A stretch of DNA of 42,238 nt from IMG/VR virus record IMGVR_UViG_3300048599_000730, positions 1-42,238 of that record, one strand, 5' to 3'. The position numbers and the translations under genes were made by a program. Below are positions 16,649 through 26,325 of this stretch, one piece after another. The stretch comes from a virus. Taxonomy: Duplodnaviria > Caudoviricetes. Positions within the stretch are counted from its first letter, which is position 1. Each line of letters opens with the position of its first letter. The notes under the pieces were generated by a model, which was not told where the DNA came from, did not search any database, and worked only from the letters and a program-made list of their open reading frames with translations.

Positions 16649-18782
16649 GATACAAATCGAATTCCTCGATCTGGCGCCGGGTGAGAACGCGTTTCTTGCT
16701 GAGATGGCTAGATTGCTGGCGACGGCACTGCGTCCTCCGCCTCGAATCTCGCCGACGGAATGGATCGCGGACAAAATTGAACTGTCGAAGCAGGAAACGA
16801 ACCGGCCCGGAAAACTGCGGCTTTTGGGCTATCAAAGGCCGGTAGCTGACGATTTCGCAGACCCTGCCGTTGACCAGATCACGGTCTTGAAAGGAGCCCG
16901 GGTCGGATGGTCCCAGGTCTCCGGTGCCGTGCTTTGTTACGTCCTCGCGCACGAGAGAAGTAAGTGCATCTACGCACAGCCGACCGATGACGACGCGAAG
17001 GGTTTTTACAAAGACGTCATCGAGCCCAGATTCAGAGACGTCGCGGCGATGTCGGCGATCATCAGGTCACCAGGCAGCGGCGAGTCTAAAGACACCTGGA
17101 GCGAGCACAGATATAGTAACGGCGCCGTCTTATACATGCGTGGTGCGGCATCAGACGACAGTTTTCGGCGCATTTCCTCGCGCGTCAACGTCGGCGACGA
17201 GGTCGACGCCGAAGGTTGGCAAAGCAAAGAAAGCTCAAGCCAGGGCGACAAATTCGAACTTTTCCGCACCCGCGGCGCAGATTTTTGGGATTCCAAACTC
17301 TGCGTCGGCTCTACACCGCTTCTGCGCGAGACGTCTCGGATCTGGCGGGAATGGCTGCTCTCGGATCAGAGAAAATTCCACGTCACGTGCCCATTTTGCC
17401 GTCATCAGCAAGAGCTTCGGTGGGGCGGCAAGAACACCAGATACGGCTTCAAGTGGTCCGTCAGCGCCGCCGGTATACTCGACGACGTCTGGTACCAGTG
17501 CGATTCCGAAAAAGTCTGCCGGATCTCCGAAGAGTATAAGGAGGCGTTAATCGAGGGCGGCGAGTACATCCCGACTGCGATCCCAAACCGGCCGGGCCAT
17601 CGGGGATATCATTGGCCGCAATGGCTATCGATGTCACCAAAGGCAAGCTGGTTTCACATTGTTGAACAATGGCTTACGGCGCAGGGTGACACGGAGAAAC
17701 TGCGCGTTTTTGTGAACAATGTACTCGGCGAGCCCTGGGACGACCTGCAAGACGCAGGTACGGTCGCGGAGCGTCTGCCGTCGCAAATCCGGCTTTATCC
17801 CGCGGAGGTTCCCGACGACGTCGTGCTTCTAACGGCTGGTATCGACACGCAGACAAATAAGCAGGGCAAGGGCTTCGACGTCGAGATCGCGTCGCGAGAA
17901 ATCAGCATTGTCGGCTGGAATCGGCACGAGGTACCGAGAGTTATCGGACATTGGGTCGTGGAAGGAGAACCAGGCGATCCAGCCGCCGACGCCGAGCTCG
18001 ATAGGATCATGCAGCGCGAGTTTACAAACGGCCGCGGACAGCGGTTTCGCGTTGTCGCTTCCGCGATCGACATGGGTGGGCATTTCGGAGATCAGGTACG
18101 GCTCTACGCTGCTGCCCGGCTGCCGTGGCGCGTCTGGGCCATCAAAGGCCGTTCGATTGCGCTCGGATCTCGCTCGTCGTCGATCTGGCCGCGCAAAGCC
18201 TCAACGAACAAAGAAAAGCGTTTTCAATGGTTTATGGTTGATACGCAGCTTGCCAAGGACGTCGTGAGCCGCAAGCTGGCGCTCAAAGGAATCTCTGGCC
18301 CTCACTTCCCAACCTCTCTTCCTCAGTCTTATTTCGACGGTCTATCAGCCGAAACAATCGTTGAGAAGAAAGGTAAACGATCATGGCAGCGTAAGAAGCG
18401 TTCCGAAACCGGTGAAAGTTGGGATTGTCTAGTCTACGCATATGCCGCTCTATGCGGAGTGAGACAATCTCTCGCTGCGTACCGCGACTTGACTAAAGCT
18501 GCTGAGAGACTGACAATTTTAGACATCCGAGATCACGACCAGGAAACCGGCGAGATCATCGACGTAGACTATCTCGGCGAAGATCGCTCCGCTATGTCGA
18601 CGTCACTCTCGAAGGACCAGGTGACGCTCTCGAAGCAGGATGTCGCGCAGCCGGTGGCGGCTGCACATACGACCCCTTTGCCGTCGTTTCCGACAGCACC
18701 GGCGCCGTCATCGACACGGCCTGCACCGCACCCAGCGGTCTCAAGAAAGCGCGTTGCAAAGGTTTTGAGGCCGCACTGGTAG
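16626..18782 (+). CDS. terL: Terminase large subunit (lambda GpA family)
   Basis: GYQR adenine motif, KGARVGWS Walker A, GDEVD Walker B, STP, CPFC..C zinc motif, FVNNVLGEPW, TAGIDTQ, IDMGG, ESWDCLVYAYAA. Confidence 0.95.
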   Translation: MIPIRPNEIQIEFLDLAPGENAFLAEMARLLATALRPPPRISPTEWIADKIELSKQETNRPGKLRLLGYQRPVADDFADPAVDQITVLKGARVGWSQVSGAVLCYVLAHERSKCIYAQPTDDDAKGFYKDVIEPRFRDVAAMSAIIRSPGSGESKDTWSEHRYSNGAVLYMRGAASDDSFRRISSRVNVGDEVDAEGWQSKESSSQGDKFELFRTRGADFWDSKLCVGSTPLLRETSRIWREWLLSDQRKFHVTCPFCRHQQELRWGGKNTRYGFKWSVSAAGILDDVWYQCDSEKVCRISEEYKEALIEGGEYIPTAIPNRPGHRGYHWPQWLSMSPKASWFHIVEQWLTAQGDTEKLRVFVNNVLGEPWDDLQDAGTVAERLPSQIRLYPAEVPDDVVLLTAGIDTQTNKQGKGFDVEIASREISIVGWNRHEVPRVIGHWVVEGEPGDPAADAELDRIMQREFTNGRGQRFRVVASAIDMGGHFGDQVRLYAAARLPWRVWAIKGRSIALGSRSSSIWPRKASTNKEKRFQWFMVDTQLAKDVVSRKLALKGISGPHFPTSLPQSYFDGLSAETIVEKKGKRSWQRKKRSETGESWDCLVYAYAALCGVRQSLAAYRDLTKAAERLTILDIRDHDQETGEIIDVDYLGEDRSAMSTSLSKDQVTLSKQDVAQPVAAAHTTPLPSFPTAPAPSSTRPAPHPAVSRKRVAKVLRPHW

Positions 18783-18805
18783 GAATACAACATTGGTATA
18801 TTTGG

Positions 18806-19045
18806 ATGAAACTATTTCGTCTTTGGACACGACAGGAATTAGTCGACGCAATTAGAGACATCGAGGAGGGCTTGGCAACAGGTGCTCAATCGGTTTCTTA
18901 CAATTCAGGCGGAACTATTACATACACTATACGTTCAGAGGCTCTCAAGACGCTAGAACAACTCTATGCTCGACTTGATGAAATCGACGGCGTCAAGACA
19001 TCCACACGCTCTCGCCAGATCCGCATTATCGCGCTGAGGGGCTGA
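18806..19045 (+). CDS. Head-tail joining protein (gpW-like)
   Basis: Small helix-beta hairpin-helix (GAQSVSYNSGGTITY) between terL and portal. Confidence 0.75.
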   Translation: MKLFRLWTRQELVDAIRDIEEGLATGAQSVSYNSGGTITYTIRSEALKTLEQLYARLDEIDGVKTSTRSRQIRIIALRG

Positions 19046-20619
19046 TGGACATGTCAAACAAGGCCATCAAAACCACCACTCCGCCGCCTGCAGTTGTTCG
19101 TGTCGCAACTCGGATCCGCCGTGCGGCAACATCTGTCCGGTCGGCATTTTTCGGCCGCAGCTCGACGCCGACAACGGCATACGAGTCCGCGAACGGCAGT
19201 ATCAGGGAAGTGCAAGCTCCGGATACCGGGCCCAATAGCGCCATCGGCGAGATCGCCGCGATCCGCCGTCGGTCTCGGCACACATATCGCAACGACCCGC
19301 TGTACAGGCAGTCGATGAGGCAGGTCGCAAACAACGTGATCGGCTACGGAATCAAGCCCATCATACCGTATCCTGATCTCGCGGAACTCTGGGAAGACTG
19401 GATTGAAGAGGCAGACAGTCGCGGACAATTTGATTTCTATGGTTTACAATGGATGTCCGTCTTTAATACTGCGTTATCCGGCGAATCTATTATAAGATTT
19501 CGTGAACGCGAAGAATCAGATGGTCTAAGTGTTCCGTTTCAGCTTCAATTGATGGAGGGTGACCATCTACCGCTAGACAGAACACTGGTTACGGAAAGCG
19601 GAAATATTGTCGTTGGTGGCGTCGAACGCGATAAAATAGATCGCATCGTTGCGTACCATTTGTACCAGCAACATCCGTCCGACTATACGGTCAAAACGAT
19701 ATCTCTACAGACGACGCGTGTTCCGGCTAAAGATGTCTCTCATATCTATTTCCCTGAACGCCTCGGAGACAACAGAGGTATTCCCTGGGCTTGCGCTGCA
19801 CTGCGCACATATGACTCTCTGCGCACATATGACATCGCTGAAGTCGAGCGTAAGAAAGGTACAAGTCTTTTCGGGGGATTCTTCCGAAAACCTATCGGCG
19901 AAGATCAGTCGTTGCCGGGAACGGTAGAAACTGAAGATGAAGACGTCGCACTACAAGCGCTCGAACCCAATACTTTCGTTGAACTTCCGCCCGGATATGA
20001 AGTAGATTTCGCAAATCCACCGTCAAACGACGCAAATTATCCGAGCTTTAGGAGAGAACAACTGTCTGCTGCGGCGGTCTCTGTCGGTTTAAGCTACGAG
20101 CACGTCACGTTGAATTTCGAGAAAGTCAATGATCGTCAGTATCGCGCGATGATGCTTGAGATCGGTAGGATGATTGAGTCTTTACAATACTTGATGGTCG
20201 TCCAACAGCTCTGCAAGCCGGTGTGGCGGCGATTTGTCTCGACAGCGATCTTGACTGGTAAATGGACGCCGCCGGAGGGCGCCAAGCCACGCGACTATAT
20301 GCGGGTGGAGTGGGTTGCTCCGGCACGCGGTCATATCCATCCCGTGCAAGAGATCACCGCAATCGCAGAGAGCATCAAAGCTGGCACTTTCAGTCGGAAG
20401 CGCGCGGCGGCCTTATTGGGCGATGACGTGGAGAAAATCGATCTCGAAAACGCGCGCGATCAAGCACGCGCTGAAAAGCTCGGTCTCCGGTATAGCGTCT
20501 ACACCGCGAAAGACGGCACCCCTCCATCTCCGTCGGCGACATCTGCAGCCGTCGAAGCGCTCGCCGAGGCTGAGGTCTCTGACCAGATCGAGCGCATTGA
20601 GATCGCCGAGTCCGACTGA
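19045..20619 (+). CDS. Portal protein (lambda gpB family)
   Basis: RRRSRHTYRND, VIGYGI, DFYGLQ, PFQLQLMEGDHL, GVERD, RGIPW, GLSYEHVT, HIHPVQE. Confidence 0.93.
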   Translation: MDMSNKAIKTTTPPPAVVRVATRIRRAATSVRSAFFGRSSTPTTAYESANGSIREVQAPDTGPNSAIGEIAAIRRRSRHTYRNDPLYRQSMRQVANNVIGYGIKPIIPYPDLAELWEDWIEEADSRGQFDFYGLQWMSVFNTALSGESIIRFREREESDGLSVPFQLQLMEGDHLPLDRTLVTESGNIVVGGVERDKIDRIVAYHLYQQHPSDYTVKTISLQTTRVPAKDVSHIYFPERLGDNRGIPWACAALRTYDSLRTYDIAEVERKKGTSLFGGFFRKPIGEDQSLPGTVETEDEDVALQALEPNTFVELPPGYEVDFANPPSNDANYPSFRREQLSAAAVSVGLSYEHVTLNFEKVNDRQYRAMMLEIGRMIESLQYLMVVQQLCKPVWRRFVSTAILTGKWTPPEGAKPRDYMRVEWVAPARGHIHPVQEITAIAESIKAGTFSRKRAAALLGDDVEKIDLENARDQARAEKLGLRYSVYTAKDGTPPSPSATSAAVEALAEAEVSDQIERIEIAESD

Positions 20620-20801
20620 TGGATCGCTCCGAAATCCTAAAGGAGGCGGCTGATTTGGCCGCCTCTGGAGACCATGCGGCCGTCATTGCTGACCTGATCG
20701 CGCACATAGATACGCTCCAGAGACGCATAGACTATATGTCTGAAATGGTCTCGCGTGGCTACGTCAGAACAGATCCGAGAAAATATTCAAAACCGACTTG
20801 A
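20619..20801 (+). CDS. Small hypothetical protein
   Basis: TGATG coupling to the portal stop; coiled-coil character. Confidence 0.5.
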   Translation: MDRSEILKEAADLAASGDHAAVIADLIAHIDTLQRRIDYMSEMVSRGYVRTDPRKYSKPT

Positions 20802-20851
20802 CACATGCTTTTACTCGATCTCATCATTACATATTAATGAGTAGTCATTGT

Positions 20852-21877
20852 ATGGACGGTATTGCGACGCGTTCGTTTGTTGGGAAGACCCCGGTCTCTA
20901 TAAATCTAGAGACCGGGGAGTTTTCAGCGATTTTGACGTCTGAAGCCTCTGTCCGCACTGTTATTGCATTTCCCGGACGCACGGACTCCGACGGCTATCC
21001 TCTTCTTGTTGAAGTCGACGAAATTCTCGTCGCCGCCGGTGCCGATCTATCGCGATCCGCAGGCGCTCCGGTGGTCAACTCTCATCAAACATATGACATC
21101 GCTAATATTCTCGGTGTCGTCGATGCTGCTCGTGTCGAGACGACCGGAGTCGGTCAGTGCGTCGTCATCGACGCGCGACTGATGCCGAGCGCGCGGCACA
21201 TCCTCGACGCCCTTGCGCAGGGATTTTTCCGGCAGATGTCGGTCGGCTATGAAGTTCAGGAATATGAGATCGAGATGAGAGATGGCCTGGTGCCGCTCGC
21301 TCGTGCAGTCCGCTGGACGCTATTGGAAGCGTCACTGGTGCCCGTCGGTGCCGATGCCAACGCCAAGATTCGAAGCGCCGCGACGGCTTCGCAGATAGCA
21401 ATTTCAAAGCGTGAAGTTCAGAAAACGGAGTTGAAAAGAATGGAATTTTCCGAAGCGCTGGCTGCCGCACAGGCGGCTCTGGCGACCCTTAAAGATAGCG
21501 TAGCCGCGATTCCGGCCGCACCTGCTGACGCGTCCGACGCCGACAAGGCTGCCGTAGAAGCGCTTCAGGACATCATCGCATCAGACGACGCAGACGCGGC
21601 CGAGACGACATCCGATGAGCCGCCGGCGGCGACGGACGGCGAGATCACCGAGATGCGGACGTTAGCTCGCAGCTACGGCGACGACGCGGTCAAGATTGTC
21701 AACGATCTCGGCGCCCTCGGCGCCGCGAAGTCCGACATCCAAAAGAGTCTGCGGTCCTTGGTTCTCAAACGCTCGGCGACAGTTGCACTGACGACGGCTC
21801 CATCAACAAAGACACGATCGGCCGACACCGCAACGATCGATACCGCTGCAATTTACGCACGGCGGAATAAGCGCTGA
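20852..21877 (+). CDS. Prohead maturation protease (HK97-type S78/U35) fused to a scaffold-like domain
   Basis: VVNSH (His), QMSVGY (Ser), WTLLEASLVPVGADANA; acidic Ala-rich C-terminal part. Start uncertain (20798/20837/20852). Confidence 0.85.
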   Translation: MDGIATRSFVGKTPVSINLETGEFSAILTSEASVRTVIAFPGRTDSDGYPLLVEVDEILVAAGADLSRSAGAPVVNSHQTYDIANILGVVDAARVETTGVGQCVVIDARLMPSARHILDALAQGFFRQMSVGYEVQEYEIEMRDGLVPLARAVRWTLLEASLVPVGADANAKIRSAATASQIAISKREVQKTELKRMEFSEALAAAQAALATLKDSVAAIPAAPADASDADKAAVEALQDIIASDDADAAETTSDEPPAATDGEITEMRTLARSYGDDAVKIVNDLGALGAAKSDIQKSLRSLVLKRSATVALTTAPSTKTRSADTATIDTAAIYARRNKR

Positions 21878-21901
21878 TATTTTGAGTAAGAGGTTTTATA
21901 A

Positions 21902-22255
21902 ATGACACTAGTAATGCGCAAGCGGGACGAAGATTTTCTTATTTCGGAAGGAAATGGCTTTATCTCGCGCGATGAGATTGTTCTGGCGTCGGATCCGACA
22001 CCCTATGAGTCAGGTCACGTCGTGGTCAAAGGCGGCTCGAAATATAGCAAACTTGCATCAGACACGACGCTAACCGGCTCAATCACTGACGACGTCGCTA
22101 TCGTAGCTCGCTACGTCGATGCTACTGCTGCCGACCGCCCTGCCGCCGCGATCACTCGGACGGCTGAAGTCCTAAAAGACGCACTCGTCGTCGATGTACT
22201 TGATGTAGATGACGTTATTCCGTCGCTCGCTGCCTCCGGCATCATTGCACGATAA
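21902..22255 (+). CDS. Head decoration protein (gpD-like)
   Basis: FLISEGNGFISRDEI..VDATAAD..RTAEV..LAASGIIAR; directly before the MCP. Confidence 0.85.
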   Translation: MTLVMRKRDEDFLISEGNGFISRDEIVLASDPTPYESGHVVVKGGSKYSKLASDTTLTGSITDDVAIVARYVDATAADRPAAAITRTAEVLKDALVVDVLDVDDVIPSLAASGIIAR

Positions 22256-22277
22256 TATATATTTGGAGTATCACTGA

Positions 22278-23273
22278 ATGCCCGAAGCATTGTTTTCAAA
22301 TTCTTTGTTTAATACGTTCTCACTGACTGCTTACGTCAATAATCTTCAGTACGCGCCGCATGAGCTCGGCACTTATTTGCCGTGGCACGAGAGCGGCATC
22401 TCAACGAGCGTAGCAGTCATTGAAGAGCGCGACGGCAAAATCATCGTCGTCCCGGCCGTCGAGCGCGGATCGGCTCCGACGCGAGTACTCGGTTGTGGTC
22501 GTCGTGCTCGCCCGATTATCGTCCCCCACTATCCTTTGGAGTACGTGATCAAAGCGTCAGAAGTCTCAGGAGTCCGCGCTTTCGGCCAGGAATCTGGTCT
22601 CGAAACCGTAGAAATGCGGCGCAATGAAAAGCTAGAGGACGGTACTAAAAGCCAGGAAGTCACGAGAGAGTGGGTTCGCGCCGGTGCGATCACTGGACAG
22701 ATTCGCGATCACGATGGGTCTCTGATCTATGACATGCACGCGGAGTTTGGCGTCAATCGCAATACTCACGGTATCGATCTCAACAATCCAAACACAGATG
22801 TTCTCGCAGAACTCATCGAGGCAAAGGAAAAAGCCGAAGATGAACTTGGCGGCTTCCTAGTAAACGGCTTCGAGCTTCCGGCGGGAAAGACGCTATTCAA
22901 GAAGATTGTCTCTCATCCATCAGTCAAAAAGGCTTGGGATCGCTGGCAAGATGGTGCTGCACTCCGCGCAGATAACCGCAAGGGTTTTGAGATCGTTGAA
23001 GGTGTTACCCTGCGCTCGTACGCAAAAGGCAAGCTCAACGGCGTGAATTTCATGGATCCGACAAAGGGTTATCTCTGTCCGATCGCGGATGGTCTTTACG
23101 AGACCCGCTATGCCCCGGCGGAAACAAATGATTGGGTGAATACGGTCGGTCTTCCAATTTATACTATTCCGGAAACTCTGGAATACAATGCTGGCGTCAA
23201 GATGCTGATCGAAAGCAATCAGATTTCTTGGGTCAACGTACCTCGCGCTATCGTCGAGATCTCTCAGCTTTGA
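22278..23273 (+). CDS. Major capsid protein (lambda gpE family)
   Basis: SLTAYVNN..ERG..PHY..EVSGVRAFG..TREWVRAGAITG..APAET..VNTVGLP..ESN..PRA. Confidence 0.93.
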   Translation: MPEALFSNSLFNTFSLTAYVNNLQYAPHELGTYLPWHESGISTSVAVIEERDGKIIVVPAVERGSAPTRVLGCGRRARPIIVPHYPLEYVIKASEVSGVRAFGQESGLETVEMRRNEKLEDGTKSQEVTREWVRAGAITGQIRDHDGSLIYDMHAEFGVNRNTHGIDLNNPNTDVLAELIEAKEKAEDELGGFLVNGFELPAGKTLFKKIVSHPSVKKAWDRWQDGAALRADNRKGFEIVEGVTLRSYAKGKLNGVNFMDPTKGYLCPIADGLYETRYAPAETNDWVNTVGLPIYTIPETLEYNAGVKMLIESNQISWVNVPRAIVEISQL

Positions 23274-23293
23274 TTGTTGCTGAGAGTGCATAC

Positions 23294-23331
23294 CCCGGCG
23301 GCGCAGTCTCCCCACCGCCGGGTTTCTTTTT
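23294..23331 (+). terminator. Intrinsic terminator after the MCP gene
   Basis: CCCGGCGG/CCGCCGGG stem followed by TTTCTTTTT. Confidence 0.8.
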
Positions 23332-23348
23332 AAAATCAAGGATTTCGA

Positions 23349-23660
23349 ATGCGCAAAGTGAAGACGCCTCTTGCCGGTCCGGACTACGCTCCAACGTCAC
23401 TTCCGGCGCTCCCGCTCTCTGGAAAAGTGACCGCATTGCCGGTCACGACATCTCCGTCTGAGATCGCTCTCACTGCAGATACGACGGCGGTACAGATCTA
23501 CGTCGACGTCGACACGTACATCGCCGTCGACGCGGATGCATCGGCGGGTTCATGGCTGCTTAAAGGCGCGAGCTACAGCACTTATGGCGTCGATCCGTCA
23601 TCGATCTTGTCCGTCCGTGCTGTCACCGGTGCGGGCGTCGTCAGAGTCCTGGAGGCATAA
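23349..23660 (+). CDS. Small beta-rich putative virion protein
   Basis: AAGGA SD; located between the MCP and head-completion genes. Confidence 0.6.
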   Translation: MRKVKTPLAGPDYAPTSLPALPLSGKVTALPVTTSPSEIALTADTTAVQIYVDVDTYIAVDADASAGSWLLKGASYSTYGVDPSSILSVRAVTGAGVVRVLEA

Positions 23661-23661
23661 G

Positions 23662-24495
23662 ATGAGCCTCCTGACGCCGGTCATTCTCGGCTCGAAATCT
23701 CGCTCTCTCGAACTGCTTGCCGTGCGCGTAGTCGCTACGACGGCGGACTGGCACAAAGCTGATGACGTCGCCGCAGTACTCGCTGGCAACTTCGTGGACA
23801 CCGCGTATCCGGACTCAGGGCTACGGGCTAAAGGCATCGTGACCGAAGTTGCAGTCGAGTGTATCGGCGGCGGTTCTGGCGGTACGACAGACGGTTTCGG
23901 CCAAGGCGGTTTGCCAGCCAGAGCACTGTTCTCGGTCGCGGAACTCCCGGATATCGTACCGTGTATAATCGGAGCCGGAAGTCTTGGTGGGTCATATTTT
24001 GTCGACGGCAGTTATACCGATTTTGGAATGCCATATCTATTACGCGGTCTCGGCGGTGTATGCGTAAATTCGCTGTCTAAATGTAGAATTGCTGCGCGGA
24101 ATCGGCAGTCGTCACCGTCTACCGGTCGATCTGAAACATATGGCTCTCCGGATACTCGGGGAGACGTTCTCGGCGGTCCGGCTGACGGCGGCGTAACGAT
24201 CGCTGCGGGCCCTATCACTGAGGGGCGTGGTGGATACTCAGGCCAGGGCGGCCGAGCCGATCGCGTCGTTGCTGGAGGCGCCGGTGGATCGGGTCTTGGC
24301 GACGGCACAGCAGGATCCGACGCTCATTCGTATCTGTCCTACGGCGGCGGCGGCGGTCCTGGTGGCACGGCAGGTGGAAAGGGTGGCGGTGGTGGAACAC
24401 CAGGTGGCGGTGGTGGTGGATCAAGAGTGCTCAGCGGCGGCGGCGTTGGGAGAAGGGGTGAAATCCGCATCGAGTTGTGGGGGTATCGGTCATGA
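23662..24495 (+). CDS. Glycine-rich putative fibre/appendage protein
   Basis: GGAGG SD, start MSLLTP; VECIGGGSGG..IGAG..YGGGGGPGG..GRRGEIRI is typical of phage glycine-rich domains. Confidence 0.7.
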   Translation: MSLLTPVILGSKSRSLELLAVRVVATTADWHKADDVAAVLAGNFVDTAYPDSGLRAKGIVTEVAVECIGGGSGGTTDGFGQGGLPARALFSVAELPDIVPCIIGAGSLGGSYFVDGSYTDFGMPYLLRGLGGVCVNSLSKCRIAARNRQSSPSTGRSETYGSPDTRGDVLGGPADGGVTIAAGPITEGRGGYSGQGGRADRVVAGGAGGSGLGDGTAGSDAHSYLSYGGGGGPGGTAGGKGGGGGTPGGGGGGSRVLSGGGVGRRGEIRIELWGYRS

Positions 24496-24686
24496 TCTCG
24501 ATAATCGTCGGATCCGACGGAATCGTGCGCACAGTCGCACAAGGGGCATATCCATTTAACCTCGCGGACGGCGTCATCGTCACCGTTGATGACGATGCAG
24601 CGCCGTGCGCGGTCGGCTGGTCATATGCCGACGGCACTTGGACTCCGTTAGTCGAGAGCTCCGCAGACCCGGTTGAGGTGGCCTAA
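24492..24686 (+). CDS. Small hypothetical protein (possible fibre-associated chaperone)
   Basis: ATGA coupling; VGWSYADGTWTP resembles the GW.Y.dG.F motif of small proteins that follow fibre genes. Confidence 0.55.
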   Translation: MISIIVGSDGIVRTVAQGAYPFNLADGVIVTVDDDAAPCAVGWSYADGTWTPLVESSADPVEVA

Positions 24687-25039
24687 TGCCTCGGCGGCTT
24701 GGACGTCAAATGTCGGCCGTCTTTCTGCGCGCTTTTCGCGAACGAGAATCCGTGCGGTGGCTGCCGTTTGACGCGTCAAATGCACTCGACGTCGCCGCGA
24801 TCTACGACCCGGCTTATTCTGATGTCGACATCAACGGGCTACGAATAGAGTCTGGGCATCCAGTCATCTGCATACGAATTTCTGTTCTAAAGTCATTGCG
24901 TCCGGACCGTTCAGACGACGCGTTATTAGACAATAGAGACACATTTATTGTCGCTGGCGCCAGCTACGACGTTGACAGTTTCGATGCGGATGGCCACGAT
25001 ATTGTAAGAGTACACATTTCAAAAGCACGAGTTGAGTAA
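24686..25039 (+). CDS. Head closure / head-tail joining protein (gpFII-like)
   Basis: Position and size; DTFIVAGASYDVDSFDADG pattern. Confidence 0.65.
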   Translation: MPRRLGRQMSAVFLRAFRERESVRWLPFDASNALDVAAIYDPAYSDVDINGLRIESGHPVICIRISVLKSLRPDRSDDALLDNRDTFIVAGASYDVDSFDADGHDIVRVHISKARVE

Positions 25040-25495
25040 GTGAGTCACATTCGCACGCAGATTCGAGATGCCGTTATTGCAAAATTGACGCCGATTTCTG
25101 CGCTCTCGTCTGTCGTGCCATACGGTCGCACTGTTCGCGGCTTCCAGCCTCGTGAGCTCCCGGCGGCAGTCGTCAGGGTCTCAGATACGGCGTCAACGGT
25201 AACGAAAATCCGTCCGCGCGTGCAACAGCGTGGCGTCGATGTTGCAATCGACATCGTCGCGCCAGCCGCCGGAGCGGACGTCGACACTGTGCTCGATGAC
25301 CTCGCTGTCGACGTCGAGATGACGCTCTCGGTCGATGGCGGCATTGGGATCGCGATGACGGCTTGGGACTATGTTTCGACAGTCGGCGGAGATCTGGAGA
25401 GCGGTGACTCGCCGCTAGCGGCTATTCGGATCTCATATCGCGGATCTGTTTCAACACGCGAAGATGATCCGACTATTAATTTGCACGGAGTTTGA
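25040..25495 (+). CDS. Tail terminator protein (gpU-like)
   Basis: SHIRTQIRDAVIAKL..ELPAAVV..LDDLAVDVE; precedes the tail tube gene. Confidence 0.7.
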   Translation: MSHIRTQIRDAVIAKLTPISALSSVVPYGRTVRGFQPRELPAAVVRVSDTASTVTKIRPRVQQRGVDVAIDIVAPAAGADVDTVLDDLAVDVEMTLSVDGGIGIAMTAWDYVSTVGGDLESGDSPLAAIRISYRGSVSTREDDPTINLHGV

Positions 25496-25500
25496 TTTAC

Positions 25501-26298
25501 ATGAATGTATTTACGCCGGTCTCGTCTGAATATTTGTCTTTGCCGCGCTGTCAGGTTCTCTTTCGTCCGCAAGGTAAGGAGAAATACATTAATCTAGGCG
25601 ATGTTGAGACTTTCAACTTGACGCCAAATTTGACTGAGATAAGCCGATACTCAAAAGAGTACTCTGCAAAGACGCTTTGCAGGTCCGACGTCGTGCAGAA
25701 AGAAATGACGATCTCCCTTACGCTCATGCACCTGACACCGCAGATGCAGGCCGCTCTCTATATGTCGGAATCCGCTGAAAGCTATCTCGTGCAAGCGGCG
25801 GTGGTCGCCGGAAGCAAGACGATTTCCGGCATCGAGCCCGGCGATATCATCTCGCTCGGCGCGTCTGACGTCACTGTCTCCGGGATCGAGAGCGACGACA
25901 ATGTGCCGGTGCCGTATGTGCTCGGCATGCATTTTAGGGTCGATCGCCGGTCTGGTTTCGTTGAGATCCTGGCAGTCCCATCGACGGCTGGAGACGGCGC
26001 CGTAGTCAGCTTCACGGCTCCGGAAATTGCCGCGACGGCAAAACGGCAGAACATCGGCATCATGTCGGGCAGCGGTATCAAGGGCGAGCTCTTCGCACGC
26101 GGGGTCGGTGACATTGGTCCACAGCAAGAGGTTACACTATGGTCTGTAGAGCTCCGCCCCAGCGGCGATATCGAGATTCAGGGCGGCGACGATTATCGGC
26201 AAGTGCAGTTGTCGGGAAAAGTCTATGCAGACGGTACACAAGCGGCAGGATTTGAATTTGGCCGTGTGCGAGATATCCCAAAGACTGCTTTAGCGTAA
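25501..26298 (+). CDS. Major tail tube protein
   Basis: YINLGDVETFNLT..LWSVELRPSGDI..LSGKV; position before chaperones and TMP. Confidence 0.75.
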   Translation: MNVFTPVSSEYLSLPRCQVLFRPQGKEKYINLGDVETFNLTPNLTEISRYSKEYSAKTLCRSDVVQKEMTISLTLMHLTPQMQAALYMSESAESYLVQAAVVAGSKTISGIEPGDIISLGASDVTVSGIESDDNVPVPYVLGMHFRVDRRSGFVEILAVPSTAGDGAVVSFTAPEIAATAKRQNIGIMSGSGIKGELFARGVGDIGPQQEVTLWSVELRPSGDIEIQGGDDYRQVQLSGKVYADGTQAAGFEFGRVRDIPKTALA

Positions 26299-26325
26299 TA
26301 ATATATAGGGAGACACGCTATTACT

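Noticed and set aside
18540-18782. Separate domain or frameshift at the terL C-terminus (Pro/Ser-rich tail, SLSKDQV/TLSKQDV)
   Set aside because: The ORF is continuous; GpA-type terminases commonly end in a disordered linker with a basic tip.
19801-19833. 15-bp repeat CTGCGCACATATGAC at 18-bp period in the portal gene (LRTYDS LRTYDI)
   Set aside because: In-frame, two copies only, no sign of function.
24340-24450. GGN-rich low-complexity tract (possible VNTR or G-quadruplex)
   Set aside because: Explained by the poly-Gly coding sequence.
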